Positions 32,877 through 47,100 are shown, counted from the first letter of the stretch. The stretch is 64,000 nucleotides of DNA from Saprolegnia diclina VS20 (GCF_000281045.1 NW_008246105.1:467762-531761); one strand, 5' to 3'. Notes: generated by a model not told the origin, from the sequence alone. Made by a program: numbers and translations.

Positions 32877-34493
32877 CTACTTGCGCTTGATGGCGGCTGC
32901 CAAGTCTTCCTCGTCCGAGCTGCTGCTATCGTCCTCGACCGCCGGCGCTACCTTCTTGGGCGGCGACGGCAAGTACTCGCTCTGCACATGCATGACGACG
33001 TCCTCTTCTTCGTCGCTGTCGCTGTCGTGCATCTTGGTGTCGGCCATCACCGGCTTGGGTGCCACGTGGACCGTCTGCGTCAGCTGATGAAAGTGGTCGC
33101 GCGCGGCCTGCGTGATGGCGAGACCTTCTACATACTTGTTCTTCGTCCCGAGGTCCCTGTCGTGCAGCGGCCTACCTGTGGACGACTCGAGCGACGCCAT
33201 GAGCTCGCGCGTCGCCGCCTTCTTAACCGCGGGGTCGTCGTTGCGCAGCGGAATCGGCGCATGCAGCGTCGCAAAGTCCACGATCTCTTCCATGGCCTTG
33301 TCGAGGCCCGACACGTCGAGCGGCACAGCCCTCTACACATCGCACGCTAGTACCTCCAGTAGCGCACCAAGTTGGGTCGTACTTGGGTCGAGAGGGCGGC
33401 GACCGACTTGTCGTGAAACTCCTTGCCGCGCAAGAGGGCCCGGCGCTGCTCGATCGCGTCGCGGTCGGCCGTCTCGGTGGCCTCCTTGAGCATGTCGGTC
33501 AGCTCCTCCGCCTGCAGAAACGAGCGTTTGGTCGAGCCTACGAGGTGCAAGAGCGCGCACCTTGGCCGCGGCAATGTTGGCACAGCGCAGCACAACGTCG
33601 GTCGAGATCGAGACGCCGCCAATCTTGTGGACGGCGCAGAGTTCCCGGAACGAGTTGAACGTGTACGTGATCGCGCCGTCGACGACCTTTTCTTCGCGGT
33701 CCGTCGGGTCAATGAGCACGACCGGGTCGTCCTGGTCGTTCTACGCATGGTCCCATCAGTACCCGCTTGACACAAGAGCGGGCGTACAGCGTCCAGCTGC
33801 ACAAAGCTAAACGAGATGGACACTGGGATGTGGTGCAAGCTGAGCGGGATGAGCGCGCAGTCCGGGTCGTCTACTCTCCGAATGAGCGCCAAGAGATCGA
33901 ACGCAAGGACGCACTCAGCGTCTCGGGGCGACGAAAGTGCATGAGCGCTGCGATCGACGCGATCGAGACGGCGTCGACGAGGTTGCCGCCGTGGTCGAGC
34001 ACGTGGATCGTGCACTTGATGGCCCAGACGCTCTCGCCCGCCACGATCGCCAGCGCTTCCGTGTCCTAGCGCACAGAAGAAGGTCGTATGCCATGCGATA
34101 CATGCACGGGGTGTAGATTACGAGAGCCTTGCAGTCGCGGATCGAGCGCTCAACGATGCGTGAGAGCTCGGCCGACCATGCCTTGTGGGCCTGCTTGTGC
34201 TCAAAGATCGCCGCGCCCATTGGCGAGAGCTCGACGCTAAACTGAAGAAAGCCTTCGGTCGGTCGGTCCGGGAACGGCGCGACGACTTCGCCCGAGACGA
34301 CTGCCAGCACGCGCGTCCGGCCGAGCTGCAACTCGCACTCGCTCTGGGACTCGTGCATGCTGCGGCGCAGCGAGAGGTTCATGCGGCGGAACTCGAGGAG
34401 GCCACGGCCATCGGCGCGCTGGACCGCGTTCTCGGACTTTTGGTTCTTCAAGGCCGCGACGAGGAAGTCGCGCTCGTTGCTGCTGAGCATCAT
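32877..34493 (-). CDS. RRP45: Exosome complex component RRP45 (EXOSC9), multi-exon
   Basis: LSSNERDFLVAAL, RADGRGLLEFR, PFPDRPTEG, ELSPMG, VLDHGGNLVDA, LSLHHIP, IDPTDREE, ELCAVHKIGG. Confidence 0.93.
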
Positions 34494-34969
34494 CTTGGCC
34501 GCGCAATAAGATTTTTAATTGGATGGTCGTTGGCTGTTCGGATAAAAAGATGGTATCCGGCGGCGCCATCGCCAGGCCCAAGATCCACCTCGCGCCAGCA
34601 ATGCGAGCTCACCATCGCGGAGCGCTTGGTGCAAGGTACTGCTGCGCTCGCTTGGTGCTAGTGTTGCGGCCCGTGTCGGCGCAGCCACTGGGTTGTCGGA
34701 GCCTGGCGAGCCCATTTCACCAGCGCCGTTCCACTGTTTTCGTCGCCATACACTGTATACGATTCGCAATTGCTAATAGCTGGCCGCGTTGAGTACAGCG
34801 ACGTTGGTGCCATGAGCACTGCAGCACGTTTGGGCAGTACGCTAGTCGCTGGCTGCGCTAGCGTTGAGCCAAGTGCAGTGCAGTTGTGCCTTTGGATTGG
34901 TTGAAAATCTTGTATTTTGGCCAATGAATGGGCTCTCTCTGGCGTCTACTTTCGATATCTTTTCGAGCG

Positions 34970-37170
34970 ATGGACGAAGCGGACAACCTGATCGCGCAGA
35001 CGCTGGCGCAGAGCGGGTACGTGCGGCGAGGAGCCTCGTCGTGCATCAAGTCGTGCTAGATGGTCCAAGGAGCTGCCGCGGATTGGCGCCATGGCGGGCG
35101 AAGACCTCGTCCCTCTCGTGGCCTGGGGCCTCGGGCGAATCGATGGCGCGAGCGATGTGGCCGCCCCGTACCCAAAGGGGGTCGCCCAGCGGCATCGCCT
35201 AGCCGCAGCCTTTGCGGAGCGGATTAAAGCACGTGCATGGATGATTGCGCTGTCGCCGCTCATGGTGCTGGTGGTAGGCGCATGGATACAATGGCGACTG
35301 CGGCTACAACCACTTGCTGTACCCGAGCGAGTACGACACCCGCCAGCTCCTGCTCTGGCTCGTGCAGAAGCTTCCAAAGGTCGAGCGCGATGACATGGAC
35401 GAAGCGTCGCCCGAGATGCAGGTGCGGAAGACGCTCGCAGACGCACTCTCGTTCTGGATGCAAGCGCCTGCCCCGTCGTCGTCGGAGCTTGCTCCCAACG
35501 CGATGGCTACGATGCCCCGGGCCTCGCCGCTACCCGACTTTTTCCGCACGAGCGCCACCTTGGGTACGCGCATGCTTGTCTAGTGCATAGCTTACGCCAC
35601 ACAGCGCGCAGCACCTATGTCGCGACCAAGCAGCCTCTTGCGACCGACGCGAAGCTCGTATCTCAGCACAAGCAGCTTTCGCTCCTAGCGCTAAACGAAG
35701 CCAGCGCGAGAGATGACGGGCATGCGTCACGCGCAGCGCTCTTGTCCAACGTATCATCCTCGGTACGCGTCCTTGGTCAAGTGACCTCGTTTAGGACAGC
35801 CCTAGGTGCCTATCGGGGTGACCGCTGCCTTGCAGTCGCTTGCTCTGGCGCCGCCCGTCGCCCCGTTGTCTGTTGCTTCTTCTAGCACGCCATCGCCTGT
35901 TCGAGAGGCCGTCCCGCTGCCTGCCTCCGAACCCGCAGACAGTCGTGTGGCGACATGGCGACCGGTCGCTGTCCACGTCGACACGGCGGCTCTCGATGCC
36001 CAGGTGTGCGTCGCCGCATCGCTCGATACCTACCGCGCTCTGTAGAAAGCTCACGTGCTCGCTCTGCAAAGCCAGTACGAGGCTACAGCTGCGACAGTCG
36101 AGCAGCTTGAGGCGCAAATCACGCTCGCGACGAAGCACCAGGCCGCGGTACGCCCAACCAAAGGTCGCACTGCCGCGAACAGTGACGTAGGTCGCTACCC
36201 ACCAGCAATCCGTCGAGGCAGAGCTCACTGCGCTCGAGCACGACGTCGACATTCGGCAACAGACCCTCGATATGGTGGCGGATGCATCGAAGAACATGGC
36301 CAAACTCCAGGTGCGCGAGCTTGGGTGCACGCTTCTCGAAGCCTGAGTAGGCGATGTGCGACGCCAGCACGAAGCGACTGGCCGCGCTGTCGGTCGAGTG
36401 GGCGATGCACCGTGCCCCGTTGGACGCTGCGATCGCGGCCCAGTCCGAAGCGGAGTGCGCTTACGAAGCTGACTGCCGCCGCCTCCACGACACGATCACT
36501 GCGTACCGTGACGAGCTGACGAGCTTAGGTACACCGAGCATGAGACTGCTGGTTCATGGCGCGGGTAGTCGAGAGCGTCGGGCAAAAGAAGACGCAGCGC
36601 GAAGCACTTCAGCGCAAGTACGCGGCCGCGCCCAAGTCGATCAACCGCAGCGTGTACACGTCGCGCATCATGGACATCATCAAGCAGGTGCACAAGCAAA
36701 AGGCCGACATCGCCAAGGTACGTCCCGTCTCTGCCATCTGGAGAGGCTGACATGGCTCTAGATTCTGCACGACATTCGGCTGGTCCAGAAGCACATCAAC
36801 GTCTCGTCCGAGAAGCTCAAGCGCAGCGAGGCGATCGCGGAGGAGCGGCTCTTCCACGCGGCCAACGACGCGAGTCACAAGAGCGACAAGCGCACGCAGT
36901 ACGTCGAGTGCTACCGCCTCTTTACGACGATTCGCGAGCTCTTTGACGAGCTCATTCGGTGCGTCTGGCTCGGCACCGCTTCGCTCAACTTTGGCTAGAT
37001 GCGTCAACGACGGTGGGAAGCGCGAGAACCAGACGCGCGACCTCTCCAACTGGATCGCGCAGCTCTCCAACCGCCTCAACGTGGCCAACTGCGACCAGAT
37101 CGAAGCCGACTTGGCGCTGGTCCGCGATGAGAACAAGGCGCTCGTGGCGCAGCTTCAGACGCGAGGATAA
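34970..37170 (+). CDS. CCDC22: Coiled-coil domain-containing protein 22 (CCC/Commander complex), multi-exon
   Basis: MDEADNLIAQTL, GYNHLLYPSEYDTRQLLLWLVQKLP, NRSVYTSRIMDIIKQVHKQKADIAKIL.DIR.VQK.IN, C-terminal DLALVRDENKAL. Confidence 0.9.
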
Positions 37171-37210
37171 CACGCATGCAAATGAATTGCCGTCGTCTTA
37201 CATGCCACAA

Positions 37211-38137
37211 CTAAAACTGCTTGGCTTCGTGCTGGGCGTAGAGCTTGTGCTGCTTGGTCTGCCATGCATGGAGCGCGCGCTTCCGGCCCGAGACGAGCCC
37301 GATCGAGGCGCACGCGTCAATGAACATCTTGGAGGGGTTGTACTGGCCTTTCGCGCCGAGCTCGCTGCAGGCGTAGTCGTACGGGAACGTGTGGTGCCAG
37401 TTGTGCCAGCCTTCGCCCACCGTGAGGAGCGCGACCCACCGGTTCTCGGTCGGGTGGATGTTGGGGTCGTATGGCGTCGAGCCGTAGAAGTGGGCGACGC
37501 TGTTGACGAGGCACGTGCAGTGCAAGATGAAGACGTACCGCACAAAGCCCGCGACGAGCAGTGCATGCAATACGTCTTCGTTCCAGCCATAGTAGGCCAC
37601 GAGCGTCGGAAAGATAAAGCTGCAGACGAGGTCCGAGTACGGCGAGCCCGCGAGCTGCAACTGCACGACCCAGTCGTCGAGGAGATCGTCGCACGACGTC
37701 GTCTTGCAGGCTTCCGTAAACTTGGGGTGCTCCTTCGTGAGCAACCAGCCAATATGGGCGAAGAAGAGGCCGCGGCTGGCCGTGTGCGGGTCGGCGTCGG
37801 TCTCCGAGTACTTGTGGTGAATGCGGTGGTCGCGGACCCATTCGACGATTGCGCCTTGGTTGGAGACGCTAAAGCAGAGCATAAGGAAGAGGCGCACGGT
37901 CCAGTGGGCCTGGTAGCTCTTGTGCGTCCAGAGGCGGTGGACGCCTGCGGTGACGCCGAGGATCGAGAACTCGGCGAGCACGGCCGCGAAGAGCCACGTC
38001 TTCCATTGGCACGTTGGCACGTAGAAGAGGCCGATGGCCGCGAGCACATGGCAGGCGCCCTGGAAGCCCACCATCGGCCACTTGATCGAGGCCCAGTGCT
38101 CGGCCAGCGTCCGGCTGCGCGCTGCTTCCTTCGTCAT
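37211..38137 (-). CDS. SCD: Delta-9 (stearoyl-CoA) fatty acid desaturase
   Basis: Three His boxes HRLWTH, HRIHHKYSETDADPH and GEGWHNWHHTFPYDY; LVNSVAH; ATG 38137; single exon. Confidence 0.95.
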   Translation of the reverse strand: MTKEAARSRTLAEHWASIKWPMVGFQGACHVLAAIGLFYVPTCQWKTWLFAAVLAEFSILGVTAGVHRLWTHKSYQAHWTVRLFLMLCFSVSNQGAIVEWVRDHRIHHKYSETDADPHTASRGLFFAHIGWLLTKEHPKFTEACKTTSCDDLLDDWVVQLQLAGSPYSDLVCSFIFPTLVAYYGWNEDVLHALLVAGFVRYVFILHCTCLVNSVAHFYGSTPYDPNIHPTENRWVALLTVGEGWHNWHHTFPYDYACSELGAKGQYNPSKMFIDACASIGLVSGRKRALHAWQTKQHKLYAQHEAKQF

Positions 38138-38693
38138 ATCCCCGAGATCCAAGAACGAGCCAACCCAAAAATACGCTCGGACCGCCAAAACCCCCGGCGC
38201 CCGAAGATCGAAGATACACTTTCGCTTCGGTTTCGAACTTCGGTGGTTGGGCCGGGCTCCCTCCTCCGACGCCGGCCCGCTCGTACAAGTATACTCAACT
38301 CGCATATTGCTCGCTTTCTTCTCGATATAAATACACACGCGTGGACGTCGCGGGACGACGCGGCGGCCCCCGTGGGCGCTGTGTTCTTTTAATACATACC
38401 GTTCTTTTAATCGAAAAAGAAGATCTTTTACGCTGGCGCCAGAGGTGGCCTGCGAAGGCTTCCCGTGTTACTGCGGTTCCTTTCAGCGCGACCACCGATT
38501 AATATAGCTATTTGCCCAGCTATTTGCCCTTGACTCGACCGCTTTGACCCATATATATGGCTTTGACCTCCACAATCCACGTCCAAAGCCCTCAGGTAAA
38601 GGGCCGGCCGGGCGCATGTAACGAACGCGGTAACTGCAATGTCACATTATTTTCGAAAGATATCGCGGAAATAGTGTTAGTACAAAGATCGCG

Positions 38694-41600
38694 ATGGAGC
38701 CCAAGAAGCACCTCGTGCCCCGCGCCGACATCCAGCACACGCTGCACGCCCATTTCCAGGCGGCGAAAGCTCCAGAGAAGACCAAGGAGAAGCATGTGCG
38801 CAAGCATGTCGTCGCCTTCCTCCACGTCAAGAAGCTCAAGACGACGTCGGCCAAGCGCATGTTTGGCTCCTTTGGCAACTCGACCTGCAAGCTCCTCTGC
38901 ATGACGGTACTGCGCAAGGCCTCTCGTGCATATGAACATGCAAGGTAGACGCACGATGTGGTCGAGAATGGCGCGACCAAGGTCGTGGGCCAGCTCCACT
39001 ATGTAAACTTCCAAGCCAACTACACGATCGACTGCCGGAAGACGTGGGCGCTCGACGACCTCGAGTCGCTCGAGGACTGCTCCGAGGACGTTGTGAGCTA
39101 TCCGCGCGGCAGCTTTCGCCTCAAGTTCCGCGACAATAAGGACGCCAACGAGCCGTTCCATTGGGTTGCCCATGCCAGCGTTCGTCGTCGTCGTCGCCAT
39201 CGCCTCTGCGCCAACCGAATGCGTATCGTAGGAGTCGCCGACGGCCATGAAGGAGTTTGTTTGGGCGCTCTCTGCCTTGTACGTCGATACGCAGGTGCGT
39301 GCGTCCTCGTCTGCCACATCGTTTCTATTGGAGACGTAGCATGTCGTGGCCGAGTCGACGTTTTCGCTGCAAGAGCTGGCCGAGCTCGCGACCGCAAACG
39401 ACCTTGCAGGCAAGTACGGGCTCGATGTGGACTTGCTCGCCTTTCAGGTACGCTGCCGCTCGTCACGCCATCGCATGGACCAAGCATACGCCTAGCAAAC
39501 GCCGCAGCACACCGAGCGACGCCGCAGCTGGGACGTACTGGAGGCCCCGGCATCGCCCGCCAAAGACACCACAGTGACCGTACGACCTACGCCACATTCT
39601 ATCTGCGGGGCGATCGACAAATTGTAGAAGTCGATCGAGGTGGCCGATGCCGTCGCGCTCCTCGCGACCGTCGATTGGGACACGGCGTCGGTCGAGTCGG
39701 TCGAAGCCGCGTGGCACGACCGCTTGCGACTGCTGGACGACGCCAACATGGAGTTTCTCCTGACGTTCCAGGGCACGTCGAATGGCGACGAGAAGAAGGC
39801 GATGGACCCACTCCTCGCAGCCATTGATGGCGTCCTGCGCGAAGTCAAGATGGCCGAAAAGTGGACCGAAGACGCCGACACTACGCTCGGCAACACGTCC
39901 GCCAACATGGCGCAGTTCGAGTCGCTCAACAGCCAAATGGAGGTTCACTTCAAGAACAGCGTCGCGCTCGAAGGCGCCCTTCGAACCCTCATCGAGGTAT
40001 ATTAGTATCAATGTGTCAAGTCGGACCGTGCGAATGACAAGCAGGCCGTCGACGTCCCGCGGGAGCTCCTCGGACCGCTTCTCAAGCCCGTCGGCATCTT
40101 CCCGACCCAAAACAGCCCCGAAGCCGACCCGAGTGTTCTTGCGACCATCGTCGCCGCAGTCCAGCGCGTGGACGCCGCCATCAAGTCTGTCGACGCGTAC
40201 CCGGCCAAGCACGTATGCCTCTCTTCTTGCGTTCAGAAGCCCTCTGACGGCATGTAGATGGCCGCGTTCCAAGCTCGGCGGGACGAGTTTGTCGCGATCG
40301 GGAGCAACTTTAGTGAAAAGCTCGCGGGCGGCCTCGACCTCTTTCTTCAGCAGCGCGTCAAAGCGTGTCTCCAAGGTCAGTTGACGCGTCGTATCATCCT
40401 ACCCACTCCTATGACGACTAGAAAAGGCGCAGAACCGACGGCAGTCCGTGAGCTCGGCCAACGACATGCCGCGCAAGACCCTCCACGTCTTTGGCCGCGA
40501 CCGCGAGGCCTCGGCACTCCCGCCAAAGGACAGCCGGTAGTCATTCCGGTGTGCAGATTAGGAGGCAGTGTGGTGTAGTGTGCGCAGCCCCAGTACGGCG
40601 AGCGCCGACGACGCCGACTGGAGCTTTTGCAACGACACGCTCCATCGCGAGCTCAGCAAGTACAAGGTAGCGTCGTCACACTCACCACTGAGAAACCAAC
40701 GAGCGGTAGGAACTCTGTTCCAGCGTGAGTGTGCTCAGCGGACGCGCCACGACGCACCTCCGCGATATTTACGCCAAGCACGTGGCGCAGATCTACGGGC
40801 CGCACGTCCAGACGGTCTTTCGCGCACTCAAAGAAAAGGTACGCGTCTCCTCCAAAATGCGTCGACCGACTGCTCGTGCGAAGCTGCCCAAGGCCAAGGC
40901 GGCGACAAGTCTGCCGGGCAAGTCGTCGTCGTGGAGCCTCACGCTGTCGTTCTCGCACGCGCCCGAAGTGGCCTCGACCATTACCGCGTCGCAGCTGCTC
41001 AAGCAAGGCCTCGATCACGTAGCGCCGTGTGGCGAGCTGCCTGTATCTCACTATGGCACCGTAGGTGCTGCCGTTGTGCGCGTCCGAGCAAGCGTTTGTG
41101 CAAGGCATGTTCTTTCACAGTGACGGACCAGGCATCGCGGGACAGCGCAAGGCCAAGTGCGAGCCGCCAGAGCTCACGAGCATGATGGAGGCTGTGTTTG
41201 AAAAGTACGGATCGCTCGCGCCTCTCATCGTCGCATGGACAACGATAGAATGCTCAAGCGGCTGATCGACTTTGCTGAGGCCGGCGTGCACAGCAACATG
41301 ATGGAAGCCTTGTCGATGATCGTCACGGCGCAAGTCGCGGCCAGCGACGTCAAGAGTGACTTTGTGACCAACACGCTTCTCTACTTGCAGCTCCACCTCA
41401 AGCGCGTCTTCTCCAAGTACATTGAAGAGCAGGTTGTGACGAGGTTGCTCGTGCCTCTCTTTCTGAGCGCGGCCGTTTAGGAAGCTTGGCTGGAACACAT
41501 ACACCCGGACACGCGCCTCGTCGGCGTCCTCGGGCCCGTTCAAAAGATGATGGTGCAGTGTGCTCTTGTGGTGGTGCTTCATCGGCGTATAGACGCTGAT

Positions 41601-42407
41601 CGGGCGTCTCGAAGGCGCAGGCGATGGCGCCCATGACGAGGCCATCTTGGCACCGATCTACGACCGCCTCGTCACGGGTCTCTTTGCGTGGCTCGAGAAG
41701 GCGGCGACGACCAAGCCCAAGTACAGCCACCTCGTGCGCCTCGGTAGACACACTGCATGCGCCTCGGGCCTTCATGGTCGGCTAGAAAACTACCATTTCA
41801 TGCACGACAAGCTGACGGCGCTGAGCCTCCACGGCGGCCACTCGGACGTCGTGCTCAAGTACACGCAGCTCGTCTACGATGAGTACAATAAGAACTTGGC
41901 GGCGTACGCGGCGTGGCTCTGGCGCTGCGAGTGCGACCAATACATCGTAGCCAACTCGTCCATCTCTGCACTGCGAATGACCATGGTCGTGTAGGCCATC
42001 TTTGAGTCGATCGCGCGCTTGCTCTCGAGCGTGCCCGTCGGCGAAGTCCAGTTCCACGTCTCCAAGCACGACGTGCGCAAGACGCTCGAGGCCACCAACC
42101 AAACCGTCCGTCCTCACGCCCTCGCATATATGGCACGCTGACCATTCCCATACTAGCTCGAGAAGGCCATCAAGCACATTGGTGATCGGCTCAAGAAGCA
42201 TCTGAGCCACAGCCCGAGCATGGTCACCGTCGTGAGCCAGTCGCTGCAGGTACACCATCTCCGTCGCTCATCTCATGCATGTACTGCCTGTAGACGGTCG
42301 TGCTCGAGCAGCATGCCACGTTCGGCGCGATGGCCAAAGACTGCTACGACATGGAGCTTGTCCCGTCCATGGCGCGGCTCACGTCGCTCCTCGCCAAGCT
42401 GCCATGA
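38694..42407 (+). CDS. SEC3: Exocyst complex component Sec3 (EXOC1), many exons
   Basis: N-terminal PH-like domain ending YTIDCRKTWALDDL; coiled coil ..FESLNSQMEVHFKNSVALE..; LPLCASEQAFVQGMF; KPKYSHLVRLENYHFM. Confidence 0.8.
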
Positions 42408-42568
42408 TGTTGTACGGATAAAGTAGACCACGTATCCGTAAGCTCAAAAATACCGGTGCTTTTCCGCCAATGAGACGCTCCGTGGCCGCTGACCAATCGT
42501 TTGCCGGTGGCGGACTCGAGGTCATTCGAAAATTCGTCCGTCTTAGCACCAGCGACTTTTCTACCAAC

Positions 42569-43726
42569 ATGGCTGCTGCTCGCCCCGTTGTCTCTGTGCT
42601 CTCGATCGCCGACGAGGCCGTCAAGGTCGTCTCGCAGATCGCGCTCCCCGCGGTCCTCACGGCGCCCATCCGCCCGGACGTCGTCACCTTCGTGCACACC
42701 CAGATGAACAAGAACAACCGCCAGGCGTACGCCGTCTCGCGCAAGGCCGGCCACCAGCACTCGGCCGAGTCGTGGGGCACGGGCCGCGCTGTCGCGCGTA
42801 TTCCCCGTATCTCGGGCGGCGGTACCCAGCGTGCCGGCCAGGGTGCGTTCGGTAACATGTGTCGTTCGGGCCGCATGTTCGCGCCCACGCGCATCTGGCG
42901 CAAGTGGCACCGCAAGATCAACGTGAACCAGCGCCGCTTCGCCGTGGCGTCGGCTCTCGCTGCTTCGGCCGTGCCTTCGCTTGTCCTCGCCCGCGGTCAC
43001 CGCATCGAGCAGGTCTCGGAGATCCCGCTCGTCCTCGACGACTCGGTTGAGTCGACGCAGAAGACGGCCGCCGCCATGAAGATCCTCGCCAAGATCGGTG
43101 CCCACGCCGATGTCGAGAAGGTCAAGGACTCGAAGAAGATCCGCACGGGCCGTGGCAAGAGCCGCAACCGTCGCTACTCGTTGAAGAAGGGCCCCCTCTT
43201 CGTCTACGCCCACGCCAACGGCATCGAGAAGGCCTTCCGCAACATCCCGGGTATCGAGCTCGTCCCGGTCGAGCGCCTCAACCTCTTGAGCCTCGCCCCC
43301 GGTGGTCACGTCGGCCGCTTCATCGTCTGGACCAAGTCCGCCTTTGAGCAGCTCGACACGATCTACGGCACGTACACCAAGAAGTCGGCCGTCAAGTCGG
43401 ACTACACGCTCCCGCGCCACGTCATGACGAACGCCAACTTGGGCCGTCTGATTAACTCGGATGAAATCCAGTCGGTCATCCGCGCCGGTATCTACAAGAA
43501 CACGCGCCGTGCTCACAAGAAGAACCCGCTCAAGAACCTCGGCGCCATGGTCAAGCTCAACCCGTACACGCTTGTCGCCCGCCGTGCCGAGCTCCGCGCC
43601 GAAGCCCTCCGCAAGGAGAAGAAGGGTGCCCTCGTCGCCGCCAAGCGCAACATCAAGTCGACGAAGAACGACCCCAAGCGCAAGGCTCAGTCGAAGGCTC
43701 TCTTCGCCAAGAACGCCTCGGACTAA
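42569..43726 (+). CDS. RPL4: 60S ribosomal protein L4 (uL4)
   Basis: [59 protein letters not shown]. Confidence 0.98.
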   Translation: MAAARPVVSVLSIADEAVKVVSQIALPAVLTAPIRPDVVTFVHTQMNKNNRQAYAVSRKAGHQHSAESWGTGRAVARIPRISGGGTQRAGQGAFGNMCRSGRMFAPTRIWRKWHRKINVNQRRFAVASALAASAVPSLVLARGHRIEQVSEIPLVLDDSVESTQKTAAAMKILAKIGAHADVEKVKDSKKIRTGRGKSRNRRYSLKKGPLFVYAHANGIEKAFRNIPGIELVPVERLNLLSLAPGGHVGRFIVWTKSAFEQLDTIYGTYTKKSAVKSDYTLPRHVMTNANLGRLINSDEIQSVIRAGIYKNTRRAHKKNPLKNLGAMVKLNPYTLVARRAELRAEALRKEKKGALVAAKRNIKSTKNDPKRKAQSKALFAKNASD

Positions 43727-44106
43727 GTTGTTCCTTGAGACCACAGGAAGTCAGCAGCTTCCGCAGCCACCACGCGCTGTTAATTCTTCATGGATCAACA
43801 TGCATGGTTGTTGTGTCATTATCCCTTGTGTTTGTCTCGTCGCTGGTGGTCGACTAGTTTAGTTAGTCGACTCATCGACTGACTACATCCATGACGTGGC
43901 ACGAAACCGCCGTATCCAACGTGTTTTACACCGTTTTACACACGTGCCTTCCCTATCCGAGCATACTGTTTCGACGTGCGAAACAAGTGAAAAACAGAAA
44001 GACACGCGTGGAAAATGCGCGTCAAAACGCTCCGGCGCTCAAAATTTGGATTTTCCAAACGCCGAAGGTTTCCGCAGAGTTCTATTTCGACGCCGGCGGG
44101 CGCGGG

Positions 44107-47100
44107 ATGGACCGACTGCTCCACGGCCGCTTCGCGGAAGAGATGGAAGACTGGTCCGGCGACTTTGCGCTCTCGATGGACCCGCGACCGACCATCGCAC
44201 CAACCAAGACGACGAGCAACGATGAGGACGAGGACGAGGATGACATTGAAGACTGGGACAAGGAGCTCACATGCACGACGCTCGACTATGATGGGTATGC
44301 ATCCCAGCGCGAAGAGAACAACTCGTTCTTCCGATCGCTGCTGCCCAACGTCGACCTCCTCGGGGCGCCGCCCGCGCCTCTTGACGACCGCCTCGCGCCG
44401 AGCTCGCCCGACGCCAAGCGTGCGACGCTGACCGCTCCATGCTTACCCGACTCTCAGAAGCTTCTCGAGAATGCGCACGCGTGCTTCCGCAACGCGCCGA
44501 GTGGGCCGCCGCCGCTGGCCGCGGTGCGCGCGACGCCGCTCTTGACTCTCGAGGCCGACGGTTTTCCCGCGTTCAACGAAGCCCAGCTCCACGACTGGCT
44601 CCAGAACATCGTCCAGACCAAAGACGAAGCAGCGTTGGCCGAAGAAGCTCCGTGGTTGACGCCGTGCGACAGCGAGATCTTCCTGCACGCCAAGGGTGGC
44701 ATCGCGGCCATGCGCCTCTCGCACGCCACCTTTGGCGCGCGCCTCTCCCATTGCATCCGCCGGCGTCGCGTGCTTGACGCGAAAAAGCTTCTGGAAGGCT
44801 ACTTCCGCGACCTTGAGCTCGAGTCGTCTCTCCTTGTGGGGTGCGACGCCGATGCGTACATCCTTGGCGGCTGGAGCATGGAGTTCTTACAGCTCGCGAT
44901 CGAAGCGCTGCTGCCGAATGAGAACCACCTCCTCTTTGCCGAGTATGCGGCCATCTGTGGCCGGCTCTACCCTGCGTGGCACGCTATCTGGGCGCTACTC
45001 GAGTGCCGGTACGTGCTGCACCACTGGGCCTTCTACGAGGGCGCCACGTATGCATGGCAGATCGACCTCGTTCTCGACACAAGCGTCGCGCTGCCGATCG
45101 AACATGGCCTCGGGCGGACCGTCGCCCTGCGGTATCTCGCGCTCTTGGCGGTCGCCGACGATCCGACGTCCTTACCAATCACAGTGGCGCTGGACATGGG
45201 ACTGCTGAGTCTGGGCACGAGCTCGACGGCGATCCAAGTGGCCGTCCTCTGCGACGTCCAAGCCATGGCCGACCGCCGCAGTCCGCTGTACGACACGCCG
45301 ATACCAAGCATTTTTAGCGACGACCTGCCACCCGTACTACACGCGAGTGACGCGCCGTCGTCAATGCAGTTGCTCGAACAAGACGGCGTCCACCGGCTCG
45401 AGTGGCTCGAGAGTCTCTACGCGCGTCTTGAGATGCCCCACGATATTTTGCTCAAGGCCAAGTGCGCACATGTGCTCGGGCGGTCCATGCTGCATTCGAC
45501 GCCGACCCTCTGCGAAGCGCTCGCGATGGAAGGCCTCCGGCTCCTCGACGTCGGGTACGGCCTCGCCTTCCTCCACGGACCGTCCCAGCGGCAGGGCGTC
45601 CTCGGTCCGTTTGGCCGCGACACGCTCGAGCTCCTCGTGCGTGCCACCTGCGTACTTGTCGATCTTAGCCCATTCTCGTAGGGCGCGGCCATGCAGCACA
45701 ACAAGAAGTACCCGTTCGCGATCGCAGCGTACGAGAGCGCGGCTCGCGTCTACTGCTTTGAGTTTGTCAACCGCCGCGGGTACGAGAAGCTCGATCGGCT
45801 CTGCTCGAGCGTCTGCTTGCACGAAGGCGACCTCGACCGCGCGCTCGTCTACCACGACCGCGTCCTCCAGTGGACAAAAGAGCTCGAGAACTGCCACGAG
45901 TTTGTCTACATCGTGCAAATGGTACACTCTTTCTTTGTCGACGCAGCTGATACTCATGGCTCTCAGATCACCGGCATTTTGCTCCAGCAGTGCCAGTTCC
46001 AGGTCGCGGAGACGCGACTCGCCGCCGCGTTCGTCGCCCTCCAGGACCCGACGGTGCCCAACTTGCCGCCGCCGTGCCTCTCGCCATTGCCGCCGCGCTG
46101 CTTCCACTTCAAGCTCCAGCACGACCTTGACGGCTGGCTGCAGCACATGATCTCGCTGCACTTGTGTCTCCGCGACGTGTACCGCGCGACGGGCCGCTGG
46201 CAAGATGCGCTCGCTGTGCTCCAGTACCTCCTCGCGTATGAGACCACGTACCGCATCAAGCTGCCCCGCGGCAAGCGCGTCGCGCTCACCCTCCTCGTCG
46301 CGGAAGACGCGCTCAAGATGCGCCAGCTCGAGCTCTGTCTCTCGATGCTGCGGACGATCGAGGCCGAGGCCACCGTATGCGCTCTCGCCTGCCACCAAGT
46401 ACTACTATGTTGTGCGTGTTAGGACGCCAAGGACCACCGGTACGCGCTCGAGATTATGGGCTCCTTCCGCTACATTCGGTGTCGCTTCCGGTGCTACTTG
46501 TACAAGGCGCAGTGCCACCGCGCGAGCTTCTGGCTTGGCCTCGCGACCGCCAAGGCCAGCACAGTGCGCGAACAGGCCGACGTCGCGCTCTACGGTGCGC
46601 GGTGCCTCTTTGCCTTGCACGCGCGGTCGCTCAAAGAGTCGGTGGGCCTCTTGCGCGCCAGCAGCTCGCGCTGGAGCACGCCGGCCGACGGACCGATGCT
46701 GCGGCTGCTCACGGCGCACGAGCAGCGCGCCTTCCAGACGTACATGGAGCACCATTGGACGCTCGCCGGCTCGTACGCCGACGAAGCGGTCAGCCGCGTA
46801 TGGACGGCGCTTGATCTCTACCGCACGCTCAACGACAGCGCGCGGCAGCTCAAGGCGCTCCTCGTGCTCATCGACGCCTTGATGGAGGAGCGATCGTCCG
46901 AGGACGTGGCGCCACTCGAGTCGTACATCAAGCAAGCGCTCGTCTTGGCCGGCGAGACCGCGCGCCCGATGCACATGGTGCGGTCCCTCGTCGCAAGCGC
47001 CACCGTGCGCTGCTGGAAGGTGGCGACTCCCGCCGTCGACATCGTCCAGCTCTACGAACAGGCGCTGCTCCTTCTCCAAGCAGTGTTTCTGCGAAAAACA

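Noticed and set aside
3738..43726. Mitochondrial uL4 and cytosolic uL4 genes in the same window
   Set aside because: About 38 kb apart, different evolutionary origins, no sign of linkage; probably coincidence.
43849..43882. 8-bp inverted repeat gtcgacta/tagtcgac downstream of RPL4
   Set aside because: Short hairpin without supporting context; expected by chance in 64 kb.
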